This document shows, piece after piece, positions 1-12,060 of a stretch of DNA of 64,000 bases. Position 1 is the first letter of the stretch. Each line of letters begins with the position of its first letter. Both the position numbers and the translations under genes were made by a program. This DNA comes from Anthoceros angustus (Eukaryota > Plantae > Anthocerotophyta), in the NCBI GenBank assembly GCA_010909165.1, contig VJWM01000068.1:496001-560000 (forward strand), given 5' to 3'. The notes below the pieces were generated by a model. The model did not search any database, was not told the origin of the DNA, and saw nothing but the letters and a program-made list of their open reading frames with translations.

Positions 1-133
1 GGTTGGCCACTCCCATAGTTTGCAGTTAAAAAACCTTCTTCAAGTGGCAGAATTTTAATTTTCTTTCCTCCGCTTTGGAGCATTGCTTTAGGGTTCAACT
101 ATCGCCGCCACCGCGATAGTTTATTACACGCAC

Positions 134-862
134 ATGGAACCGCGTGAAACCGTTGTTTCGAAAATGGGATCTATCGGACAAGGGTGGACATACGTCACTA
201 ACGTGAAAAAATCATAGTTTCCAGAAAGGTGCGATGTGTGTCAAGAGGGTCCACCAACAACTGAAGAGGGTTTGTATATTCCCCCTCTTGAAGGTTTAGG
301 GTGTTATCGGCAAGTGCGTGCAAAACACGCCAACTTGGTTGAACCTCCACCACAGCCCAAACCTCCTAAATGCAAAAGGACAGAAGTCAATGTCGAGGCA
401 CGAGCTTCCGGGAAACGGAGGATTCCAGCAGGAGGAGGTGCGGGTGGTGGTCATGACCAACCAACATCCAGACCCACAGCTGCAGTAAAGTTGACTCTGC
501 TTCCACAAGGAGCATCAGATGGGAAGAGTGGGCCTTCCCAAGGGCCATCACAGTGGCGGCCTAGGCAAAGCAAGGGAGCATCAGGGCTGCTTGATGACAA
601 CGCATCAACATTGTTCGATGATTTCGGGATTGTGCCAGGGACCACTTTGGAGAATCCTTTCACTACGGCTAAGAAGAATGTCTTGACTGAAATTTGTACT
701 GATCTATCAGAACAGGGGCTACTGGACAAGGAATGGTTAATCCATGAAGAAGGAACGGACTCCACCCAACAGAATTTTGATCCCATTCCGGCGCTCTGGG
801 TGAACGGGTATATGGATGCGTTGAGGACGAAGATTGTAGTTGGGTACATTCTATGGGCTTGA
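134..862 (+). pseudogene. Unknown ORF, possibly a degenerate BED-finger/hAT-type protein
   Basis: In frame with ORF 236-862, ATG at 134 reads MEPRETVVSKMGSIGQGWTYVTNVKKS*FPERCDVCQEG, with an internal TAG at 215-217. The W..V...CxxC pattern resembles a BED-finger start. No convincing DDE core seen. Confidence 0.25.
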
Positions 863-1099
863 AGTATGAAGTCCGCAATTCGTAATGAAGCTTCTAATAT
901 GCACAATGAAGGAGAAGTTCTTTGTGAAGAATTTAATCACCGCTCGGGTCTTGAGTGCGACAAGCCGATTCCAAGGCGATGCAATACTCAAGACCGCGTA
1001 GGGATCGGACGCAATGGCGACAACAAGGTATGTGGACCGTGATGATTATAGCTTCCAAGTTTTTTCTCGATGGCACCATGTCGTATCGTGGAGATGCAC

Positions 1100-1790
1100 T
1101 GTGGCACGACTTGGGCGCATTAGAGTCACATAGCACCCAGGCGGGCCCTTGTGCGCATCAGGCGTGGCAGCGCGACTCGCTAGGTCACATGGTACCTCAA
1201 GACGCGCACTTGGGCGCACCTGGCGGCCATGTGATGCGCGCGCGCCGCACGAGGCCCATTGAGACCTCGGCGCGCCGGGCGCCGCACTAGGGCCCATTGA
1301 GACTGCGCGCCGCACAGATCAACCCCAGCAGGCACTTGCCACGGGCAACATGGCACCTCTATGCGCGCGCGACCGGGTCACATGGCCTCCAGGGCGACTT
1401 GGGCGCAGACCGGGCAACATGGCACCTCTATGCGCGCGCGCCGTGACCGGGTCACATGGCCTCCGCCTCATGCAGACCGCGAGAGGTCTCATGGGCCCCG
1501 CCGATTCGCCGCAATGGGCACCATGAGACGCTTGCGCCGCACTGCGGCACCCCGGTCATGGTGCCCCATTGTCGCGGCTGCGCGCGCGACGCGACACGTG
1601 CGCCGCGCGCCGCGCGCGCACGCGTGAAGACAGTGCGCGCACTTGTGCAAATCGCGGCAATGCGCGTGCACTTGGGCGCACACCAGGCTTGCTCGAGTCC
1701 TGACAAGAGGCGCCGCACCGGGCATGAGGTGCCCGCGCGCGCCGCACTTGCGCGCACTTGTGCGCCTTGGCGCCTTAAGCCCAACCGAGG
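1100..1790. repeat. CpG/GC-rich island of iterated direct and inverted motifs
   Basis: CTTGGGCGCA at about 1110, 1209, 1398 and 1671. GGTCACATGG at about 1183, 1376 and 1450. Tandem duplication 1342-1390 vs 1411-1463. GCCCATTGAGAC twice (about 1254, 1282) with an inverted copy at about 1483. Confidence 0.75.
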
Positions 1791-2559
1791 ATGTCTCGTT
1801 AATGTATCCGGTTGATGTATCCGTTAATGGAGTAATGGTTGTCTTTTATTGCGTACATTCGGACTATGCCGGGCGCTTTCTCCAAAAGGAAATAGTTCTA
1901 GGGTTGATGATGACGAAGATGGCCGACCAAGCATGTGAAAGCGATCCTCCGGAGAGCGATGGAGAGGCAAGGAAAAGGCGTCGCAACCACCAAAGCACCG
2001 CCTGAGCTCAATAGGGGCAGGATTCAATGGAACAAGAAACAGAGGTACTTGCGCCAGCAGTATAGATATCCGGATGACGCGATAGTGGAGAATATGAAGA
2101 GCATGAAACCGCAAATGAAGATGTTGAGGACGACGATGTGCATCGACAACCGATGAGTGGAAGCCGACAACATGTATATATGTATAGCGAGGGCTCAAAC
2201 TCATCTAATGTCCCAAGAATCGCCATGCATTGAGGATGCCCAGCAGCCTACAAAGTCCGGACAAGAGGGTCAAAGAATCGTGAAGGAGCGAGCCTGTACA
2301 ACCAACCTCAAAGGAGGTAGACGCGATGTTCCAGCAGCAAGGATTAAAAGGTAAACCAAAGCAAAAGAGGAAAGAGGAATGACATTGACAAGACACTGGC
2401 CGACGGACATTATCACCAAAGTCTAATCTGACAACGACAGTAGCGAGCGAGCAAAGATAAGGACCCTTACATCAAATTCGAGAGTCAAGACAAAAGAGGT
2501 GCATTCCGCATACGATATGGTTGCCATCACCAAGTTGAGAAGCGCAGACTACATTACTC

Positions 2560-2935
2560 GTGACGCCAGATCCAAGAGTGGATGAATCGTGGGGAAAACA
2601 TCTTCCGGAAATTAAAAGGGACCTGCAAGAGGGAGTACTTCCTCCGCTATGTATGATCGATCCAAGGAGTGCGCAAGTGAGGTCTTTGACAAAGACAAGT
2701 TGAAAAGGCAGCAGACACCATGGGAGTATTGGTGGGAACCACGGCTTCTATGCTCCAACGCAGACAGAAGACCCGAGAACTCACACTTCCAAAGATATGG
2801 AAGCTCATATATATGCAGCTTAACCTGTGCGTAGATGCGGCCACGATCACACAATGTCAAGGCAGATTTAAGAAGATGTCTTTCATTGAGCAAGTCCGAG
2901 ATATGGCGAAAATGAAAATTCGAGGAGGGTATTAG
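2560..2935 (+). pseudogene. ParB-like N-terminal domain (frameshifted)
   Basis: GSIGGNHGFYA with GGNH at 2731-2742 matches the ParB-type G[N/H]HR..A motif. Downstream, HNVKAD and KMSFIEQVRDMAKM appear in shifted frames. Lies upstream of, and on the same strand as, the MTase domain. Confidence 0.55.
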
Positions 2936-3579
2936 CATTACAATGGATTGGAAGTACAATCTATATCGGATGCTAGGCGCCATCGGCGACGATCGATCGG
3001 GAAGAAATGCACTTGTCGACCGTAACCGCTGCTATGCATTGCTAGTGTCCCGCCTCATGTGTGGACACGGTGGACGAGGTTTTCGATCTTTGGGAGAGGG
3101 GTGAGCTTCCAGCAAGGTAACCAAGAAAGGCAAGAGGGGAAATCAAAACGTAGTCTTGGATAGAGCCGATATGGGATCCAAATTTGATTATAAAGCCAAT
3201 GCATGCGACCAATTGGAGAGTTTTCGGGCATGCCTGTGAAGCAGTGAAAAGGATTATGTTGTCTACCGGAGAAAGTGATTCAAGGCGAGTTGACCGTGAG
3301 CGCATGAAAACGTGGATAAGGCCAAGAAGTTGAATGTCATCCGCATAAGATTTTGCTCGACCGAGGTGCAATTCATTTGCGTGTTGAGCGAGAATATCCG
3401 AGGCACTCGACACCGTAAGATATAGCGAAATTTCAACCGTGTTTGATCACATTGTAAGTACACGATGTATTGTCCGCTCGAGTTAGCAAGCGCAAAACTA
3501 GTTTGCGACTCGCCTTCATGCACCTATGAACGCCTCCATCCCGTGCGTATAATCAAGCAGTCAAGAGTACAAAGAGAAG

Positions 3580-4400
3580 ATGATACCCGATAGCTTCAAA
3601 GAGCACATCAATGCGGCAAGAAATTGGAAGAGGGTGGAAGATTTGCAGAGAGAGTCAGAGGAAGACAACGACGCAAAACTAGACATTTTCCATGTTCAAA
3701 AGCAAGCAAAGGTCCGCTACTGTGTAATAACCGGTGATATTCGTGAAATGGCTGCCTACTTGGGGAAAAGAGAATACAAGCTGTTGGTCGTCGATTTACC
3801 AAGGGGCAATTTATCGGAGACATGGGATAAGGAGATGACATGTGAGGATTTGGAGAAGATAATGGATGGATTCATGACAATCACCGAATGCAAGACTTTC
3901 CGCGTGATATTCATGCATGGACCAGACCAGATGCAGGATGTCCGAAATGCACTGCGAAAATGGTGTGAAAAGGGGGGGGTTTATACAATGGTCTGGGAGA
4001 AAGACAACTTGGTTTCGGACGAGGGACTTTACGAGAACTGCGAGTACATGACTGTGGGGTATGGTGTTCACCCAACTGTTGAAGATATGAGGAAGTGCAG
4101 TGCATTGTCCAATAGTGCAGAGATTGGAGCAATGCTCGCTTATTCGATATAGCGCAATGTGAAGAAACTTTTGAATGTGTCCAACGATGGCCATGTTGTT
4201 TCTCCTTACCAAAAGCCAATAGGGTTGATGGTCCCGCTATACCTATTCACGAAGAGGGAATGGGTTATAGATGGATGCTCGGAAGCGGAGTGGAATACTT
4301 ATGCATTATCGAAGGGCGGAATCGTATTGTATTGACCAAGAACATAGGAGCACAATATTCATCGAACAGACATGTGCCATGAAGTGTTTCCTAGACGAGG
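3580..4400 (+). pseudogene. Beta-class amino (N4-C/N6-A) DNA methyltransferase domain, disrupted
   Basis: Motifs occur in beta-class order: ITGDIREM..L, LLVVDLPRG (DPPY-like, D at 3793), TWDK, VWEK, EYMTVG. Past TAG 4150-4152 in the same frame: SPYQKPIGLM (4201) and WVIDGCS. After a frameshift: GSG (4281-4289), EGRN and YCIDQE (FxGxG SAM-binding region at the C-terminus). Confidence 0.75.
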
Positions 4401-5099
4401 AAGAGTTGACCACCAAACCACACAAACGTGACATCCGGTTTTTTGCCAAAGAGATGGCGCAGGGAGATGTTAAGCCTGTGGCCGCAACGCTACACTTGGT
4501 TCAAGGAACATGCGCACCCATCGACCTTCAAGACTTGAGTCAATCACAGGGGCCCCAGAAGAAGAAGGAGAAAGATGGCAAAAAGGTCCGAAAACCCTAA
4601 GAACCCATACGGAAAGAAGTGCTAAGACCGTAAGAAAGCGACCTACTTGGGACAACCAACATCCGAGACGCTTGGCTTTGGCGAATCCCAAGGTGGAGAA
4701 ACGCCATATCTTCCTCTTGCTATTTACGATCCGCAACTACCGCAGAGAACGATGACATCGCCGCCCGAGGACGGAAAGACAACATTCGCCAAACTAGCTA
4801 GAAACATACACCGTTGTCAAGTGTTGAGATCATGAATGTGAGTGCGCGACAAGTTTGTGCACAAAATAGCGGGCCCAAGGAAAAGTCGATCGTGAATGTC
4901 TCGATGGTTTTCCTCGTAATTCCGATGCACAATGTGACATATCGTATCGCAACAATAATTGAAATGTTTGCGGGTGACATGTCAGGAGTACCAAAAGTGA
5001 TTCCAAAGGCGGATTTCGACGGTGCGAAGGTCCGAACGTCTGGTGGCCAAAAGGGTTTGGAGAAACCCCTTCGTAATGACGTTAAATGCATTTCCAAAG

Positions 5100-5511
5100 T
5101 TCGTTGCATGGTTGGTTGTTGAGCCTTGGCTTGGGCTTGCTCCATCTTCAATGACGCTAAATGATATGTACTCCTTGCATGGTCCTCCAATGCACTCTTC
5201 TGAAAGTTCCGACTGCCAACTTTTACCCAAGCTTGAGTCATAGCCTAAGCTTGTCCTACTACACCATGACCATGTTTTTCACAAACAACACAAAATATTC
5301 GATTCTCTCCATTGATTGAACGCAACTCCACCCAATGAAATGCAACCTTCCATTCTTCCTTGAAGACTCTTGCCTTTTGCACCTTTTGTCTCTTTTGACT
5401 CGGTTGGCTTGTTTGGCTATTGTCGCCACTCCTTGTTTGGTTATCCTGTGGAGCCCATCCAAAAAACCCGGATGCTGAACTTTGAGAAAAATGAGCCATC
5501 TTTACCTGCAA
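5100..5511 (-). mobile_element. hAT transposase N-terminal fragment (TTF-type zinc finger)
   Basis: RVFKEEWKVAFHWVELRSINGENRIFCVVCEKH, frameshift near 5243, then GSRNFQKSALEDHARSTYH. No catalytic core follows. Confidence 0.7.
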
Positions 5512-6211
5512 ATGTTTTTAAATAATTAATATAGCAAATGAAGAGCCAAAAAACAAAGCTTTAAAAGAGATGAGATCAAGTAAAAATGAACTCGAAACCT
5601 AAAGAATTCAAAAAGAGATGAGCTCTAAAAAAAAAGAGCTCTTACCAAGAAAGAACAACAAAGAGCAAGGAAGAAGAATAAGAAGCACACCACAATGAGG
5701 AGAGCAACAATGAGTGATGCTTCAAATGCTAGTGTTGTGGCCTTATGTACTCTTGAAGGGTGTCTATTCATAGCATGATAGGATAAGAGTCCTATGTAAG
5801 CCTATGGTTGAGATACCATATCTTAGTCCATCTTCATGGATGAGCGTGCATATCAACAAATTATTGTATACATTAATAACTACATTCAAAGCAAAATATT
5901 ATATATCTACTTTTTATAGATGTATCAAAATAAGCTAATAAAAGCTCATAGAGTAAAGGCTCTATTAATAGGCCATGGATGGTATTAGATAAATAAAGAC
6001 ATAGCCAATAGATCCATGGTAAATGTCTTTATGACCATACCAAATATAAGATGGATCCATGTGTCCATAATAAATATAAATCCTAAATATAAAATTAAAT
6101 AATTTACTAATTTTAAACCGGACCTTTTATGAACCCTCGGTTCCCTATTTTTTCGGGGACCGATAGTGGGGACCGGACTCCCGAAGAACCTCCGATCCCA
6201 TTTTTTTTTTT

Positions 6212-6540
6212 ACACATGCCGGGACCGGGACCGAGCTTGGGACGGGGTCAAAATGACACCCTGGTAGCAACCCAGCCTGTTCACACATGCCGGGACCGAG
6301 ACCGAGCTTGGGACGGGGTCAAAATGACACCCTGGTAGCAACCCAGCCTGCTCACACATGCCGATACTGACCGAGCTTGGGACGGTCAAAATGACACCAG
6401 TAGCAACTCACTGCTCACACATGCCGATACTGACCGAGCTTGGACGGGTCAAAATGACACCGGTAGCAAACCACTGCTCACACATGCCGATACCGGGACG
6501 AGCTTGGGATTCAAGTCAAAATGACACCGGTAGCAACCCA
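6212..6540. repeat. Tandem repeat, 5 copies of 63-71 bp
   Basis: Unit ACACATGCC...GAGCTTGGGACGGGGTCAAAATGACACC..GTAGCAAC starts at 6212, 6283, 6354, 6417 and 6480. Confidence 0.9.
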
Positions 6541-6551
6541 AATTGTCAAGA

Positions 6552-7440
6552 AGTCTACACAGAGAGAGGGCATGGCGGAAGTCGCGCTCAAAGAAGTCTA
6601 CACAGAGAGAGGAGGGCATGGCTAAGTCGCGTTCTCCTTGTATTTTGCAGACACCAAACTACATGTATGTGCCCCACGTGGGAATCAGACGGACGAAATG
6701 TGACTATATAGGAATCGATCCCGAGATCGCCTCCAGCAAGTCTACACAGAGAGGAGGGCATGGCGGAAGTCAGGCGTTCTCCTTCGGTATTTTGCAGACA
6801 CCAAACTACATGTATGTGCCCCACGTGGGAATCAGACGGACGAAATGTGACTATATAGGAATCGATCCCGAGATCGCCTCCCAGCCTGTTCAGCAAGTCT
6901 ACACAGAGAGGAGGGCATGGCGGAAGTCAGGCGTTCTCCTTCGGTATTTTGCAGACACCAAACTACATGTATGTGCCCCACGTGGGAATCAGACGGACGA
7001 AATGTAACTACAGTCCACCCCCCCTAATTGGGACTGGTTCGGAGTGCCTTTAGAGGTCCCATTAAGGGAGGTGTCCCGATTATATTTTCCCTATTTAAAA
7101 ATAATAAAAATATTATAAACTCTAAAAATAAAAAAATACCGGAAAAGGTTAGCTTAAGAGTCTTCAATCACAACTAAAAGTCTATTGTGCTATGAAATAA
7201 TCGATTCTTTTTTTAATTTTTTTAAGTAAAATAAATAAAAATCCCATTTAGGGAGGTGAAACTAACATGAATGTATGTTTCAAAAGGTCCCAATTATCAT
7301 TTAGGGAAAAGTCCCATTTATTACATTGTAAACTAAAGGGAGTAGGATGGGAGGTCCCATTTAGAGAGGAATCCCATTTATGGAGTTCCCAATTAGGGGG
7401 GCCGACTGTATGTAGGAATCGATCCCGAGATCGCCTCCCA
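6552..7440. repeat. Tandem repeat of about 150 bp (3 copies plus a partial), last copy interrupted by a MITE
   Basis: AGTCTACACAGAGAG..GCAGACACCAAACTACATG..GGAATCGATCCCGAGATCGCCTCC starts at about 6595, 6739 and 6896. The third unit resumes at 7411 after the insertion. Confidence 0.9.
7011..7408. mobile_element. Tc1/mariner-type MITE (398 bp) with TA target duplication
   Basis: TA|CAGTCCACCCCCCCTAATTGGGA ... TCCCAATTAGGGGGGCCGACTG|TA. The empty site is visible in neighbouring repeat units. Confidence 0.85.
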
Positions 7441-7929
7441 CTCAGCCCCAAACCTTTACCACCAGCATGAACCCGTCAGTGAGTAAAGCCCTAATCCAAA
7501 CCGTAGTCCGGGCTGTTTCCCGCCCACTGATTTGAAAACTCCCCATTTGAATTGCGACCATGCAAGAGCTTCCCTGCATCCCAATGCCTGGCATCTGGAT
7601 TGCATGACCGTCTACGCTGGGCGCCGTTGCCCGTAACGGCAACTGTCTTATACGTCCGTCAAAGTTGTGATTGACCACTTCCGGGGCGCGGGAAAGTTAA
7701 AACCCTGCTGGTTTTGAATGTGTTGCCTCGCTTCCCTCCCCCTCCTCTGGGCCATAAAAGGAGAGCCTGCCGTTCTTACTCTCACCGTCCCATTGCAAGA
7801 TTGCGCAATCAGCTGCCTTTTTCGTTGTCCAGTAGCTTCGTCTTGTCCATCCACGTTCGATCGGTGAGTCTTGTGCCACAATTGCCGCAATCTGTTGTTG
7901 AGATTCCTGTGTGCCGTTTCTCATCGTAG

Positions 7930-8364
<435 letters not shown>

Positions 8365-10076
8365 GCTGTGTCTTGAGGCCTCCATATATGGTGTATTTTT
8401 ACACCACCCCTCCGTGGAACATCTGCCAGCTCAAACTCTAACAATCGAATTTCTTTCAGTTTCGTGATGCAGGTGTCGCAACCCTAGCCTCGGCTGCTCC
8501 CCCTCAGTGTTTGGCACTTTTCTGGGTTGTGTTGTGGCTTTGCCAACTTCAGATGTTCCGTGTCCATCGCAATTTCCCTCCTGTTCTGAAGTTCGCATAT
8601 ATCAGATGTTTATCTCCAAGAAGTTTCTCATCTCCAAGAATTTTGCCTCAGTTGAGGTTGTGGAACAACTACGACTCCCATAACAAGTGGGGCTCCTAAT
8701 GTACCAAACAATTCAATAACCTCACGACCGTGAGGCGTTTCCCCATTCTGTATTTCAGTTGTAGTCTAGTTTCAGGAAGCAATCCACGAAAGAGCATGAA
8801 ACTTGATCTGCATACCTACAACCTGTAGTCAATTAAAAAATGCACCCTTGTTCTCGAAAATGAACCATTTGTCATACATTTATCAAAAAATGAAACACTA
8901 GCAATTGAGGCAAGTTCTCATGACCAGAAAATAGAGTGACTCCGTTGGATCACATTGTACCATGGAGTCAGTACCCGACTCACGTTGCACAGGTGAAGTA
9001 AACCCTCTTCAAGAGCTTGTTTCAATCACTCCTTCAGTGTCTGTGCCACCACCAGGGCAACCAAACTGGTGAGCCCTACACCAAATGACTACTGAAGCAG
9101 TGGCAAGGCCAGAGTTGCTGGTTTTCATGCTCCCGAACAAACATTCCCAACGGCCGCTTTCATTCTTCTTCTGCAAGTTAGGATGTGTAAGATTGTCCCG
9201 CAGGATGGAACTCAATAAATCAAGCTGGGTGGTAATGTGACGCTGGCCTCTGGCAAGTAACTTCACCTGCAGACGGATCACACGGGTGTCCAGCCCGACA
9301 TAGTAATCAGCGAGAAGGAATGCTCAATGGAAAGGGGGAGGGAGGGAGTAGACCTCGTCGACCATATTTGAGTCAGTTGCTGGTGGTCCCCAGCATTATT
9401 GAGAGCCAGGGCATGACCATTGCAACCATTGCCATTCCCATTACCTTCATGGGAACCACCACCGCTTCCAAATGAGCCAACAGCAACCCCTGAAACATTT
9501 GCTCCGGTAGGTGCCTAATGACCTGTATTGGAGGGACCTGTTATCTTGCCTTCCAGTTCAGAAACTGGCGACAGAAGCTCATCCATTCTGGAACTGGAAA
9601 TACCTGTCGCTCTTGCTCTTGTTCCGGGACCAGCTGGAACAGGGAAGGGCAACCAAGTGAGCATCTGGAGCACTACAGAAGTATGCAGCAGCTCACTGTC
9701 AAAAGTCAAGGGGATGGGAATACCTTTGGCTATACAAGCTTCTTCTTCCAGGCTTTGTCCCTGAGAGCCAAGAAAATGACGGAAGTGGGCTGGACACAAG
9801 GTTATCGACTTTACCTTGAAACCGAACCAGACTTAACCCGCCTCTATAACCAGGCACTGTTGACGCCGCTATTGAGCCATGATACGCATGCAGGAGGACC
9901 AGCAGGAAAGCACCGTTTACAGGCTGACCTTGACACCAGGCAAAAATTTACAAATTGTATTTACCGTGATTTCTTTAGTCAGCTTTTCCAACCGGATCTG
10001 CTCAATGTATGATCGGAATATAGGTGGCATCAAGACCTAATTATACCTGCAATAATATGAAAATAATTTCATTATG

Positions 10077-10133
10077 CAGTCCACCCTCCCTAATTGGTAC
10101 CTCCATAAATAGGAAACCTCTGTAATTGGGAGC
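10077..10133. mobile_element. Orphan end of the same MITE family
   Basis: CAGTCCACCCTCCCTAATTGG matches the left TIR at 7011. No matching right end found. Confidence 0.5.
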
Positions 10134-10460
10134 TAAGGCCTTTGCTCCTTGAATATGCAAAGGGCTAAATGGTATGGTAATTGGGAATTTTTTAAAATCT
10201 TATATCTATTTGCAAATCTACACTACTTCGTTTATCCTACTTGCTCCACTTGACTAGATTTAAAACCTTCATTGCAGGCGATGAGTACCTAATATTTCCA
10301 TTTGCAACTTTGCATTTTAATACATTGTCAATGAACAAAGACGAGTATCTAATATTTCCATTTGCAACTTTGCATTCTAATTCATTGTAAATGAACACAA
10401 AGAACACAGTAAGTTTAGACTCTGTTATTGTCATCTATCTATCTATATATCTAATCTATC

Positions 10461-12060
10461 TAATCTAGATAAGACTGTTTGCATGCTATAGAGGTCGAAA
10501 TAAAACTCCTCGGCTGCCATTACATAAACAATCATTATATTTTTTAGCAGAATTCTAATAATGATTAGATATGGTAATTTAACATTAATTCTTTATAATA
10601 TAATATTATAATTTAATTTAAATAAACTTATTATTTCTCAAATTGAAGCAATTGAGTTTAAACTTTTGGGCTTACTTTGCATAGATTGAAATTTTATCAA
10701 AGCATGTACTTAGTAGTTAAAGTCTAATTTGTTCGAGGGAAAACATGAAAGAATAAATCTCTAAGGGGAAGTTGTGAGAGCTTAGCATTGAAGAAGAACA
10801 TATTGAGGCTTAGCTTCCACCAAAAAGCATATAAAAAGGCTTGTTTTTGGACCTGGGTTTAACATTAAGAAGCAAATGGTCTATCTAGTATTTTCTGATA
10901 AACAGTTCTTAGATTGCATTTTATGGTGAGTCATTTGCGAGTTGTCATTAGAGTGAGGGGCTACTTAGATGTTTTATGCAATGGGTCTATGTGGTTGGAG
11001 ATGTTAAGTGCAATGGGTATTCTGTGTAGTTGGAGAGCCAAAGCGTTATTGTTTGGTACCGTTTTGATGAATCTTAGAAATAAATCTTACATAAATCCAT
11101 CCTTTAATTAACTTCATTCGTGCTTAGAAATAAATCATAGATAAATCCATCCTTTAATTAGCTTCATTCTAGTCGTGCACACAAATGTGAACGTACCCTT
11201 TGCAACACAATCTATTCTATAATTAATAGATTAATAATTATATTAACATGATAAGTTGTATTAAGCTGTATTGATAGTTAACAAACATAATATAGTTACA
11301 TGTAACCATGGCTAAACTTGGAATCTTCCAAACAAGTCTAGATGTGAAAGTTTTCGAAAAGCTCAAATGCATAAATACAACTATACGTGATTTTCAAAAA
11401 GCTCAAGCCTATAAATAAAATTATAGGTGGCTCAAGAACCGAGACACTTGTGAAGTTGGAGAGTGAGTGGGGATAGAGAGCTTGGTGGGATTACGTTTGA
11501 TTTGCTTAGTGTCATTTTGTGATCAGGTTTGCGAGATGTCGGGGTTCATGGAATGGAACACGGGCGCGGAGGAGGCACGGGTGACCCCGTTCATGGGCGT
11601 CGGGCCTATTGCGCCTCCTACTAAGGTGTATGTCTTTGGGCCTAGAGCCAATGCAAGAAATGTAGAAGGAAGAACTCAAGCGGTAGGAGGAGGAGAAAGT
11701 GCAGGCGCGGCAATTATTTTGACCAGGGTTCCTTCACAAGGTTTGTTACCCCGAGTGGAGGCGTCGCTGCATCAGCAGTCTTAATTTCCTGTTCTTCTAT
11801 GGACAGCTTGCACTCCTTTGCAATCGGATTCTTAGATTAGAGCCTGCATTGTTTTTTGTGAGGAGGTACAAGTGATCCCCCAAACTAGGTTGTCAGTTTA
11901 GGTCTCATTCAATGCTGATTTAAGAGGTCTACTCTTGATTCAATGCGCATGTCTAATACTTATTAAAATTCTGCTAGAAAAACTAATGATTGTTTATGCC
12001 ATGGCAAACGAGGAATCTTATTTCGACCTCTACAGCATGCAAATAGTTCTATCTAAATTA
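10461..12060. mobile_element. Non-autonomous element with about 100-bp terminal inverted repeats (MULE-like)
   Basis: 10461-10570 (..TTTGCATGCTATAGAGGTCGAAATAAAACTCCTCG..CATAAACAATCATTA..AGCAGAATT) is the imperfect reverse complement of 11950-12060. No TSD recognised. Confidence 0.6.

Noticed and set aside
955-1815. Many 60-120 aa ORFs on both strands
   Set aside because: Arg/Ala-rich products of stop-poor GC-rich repeats; no domain motifs.
8365-8460. Histone 3' stem-loop
   Set aside because: No metazoan-type stem-loop present; land-plant histone mRNAs are polyadenylated, so none is expected.
9000-10020. Possible gene remnant on the minus strand (Gly/Asn-rich stretch, ..GRWECLF..)
   Set aside because: Stops and shifts in every frame and no recognisable family; left uncalled.
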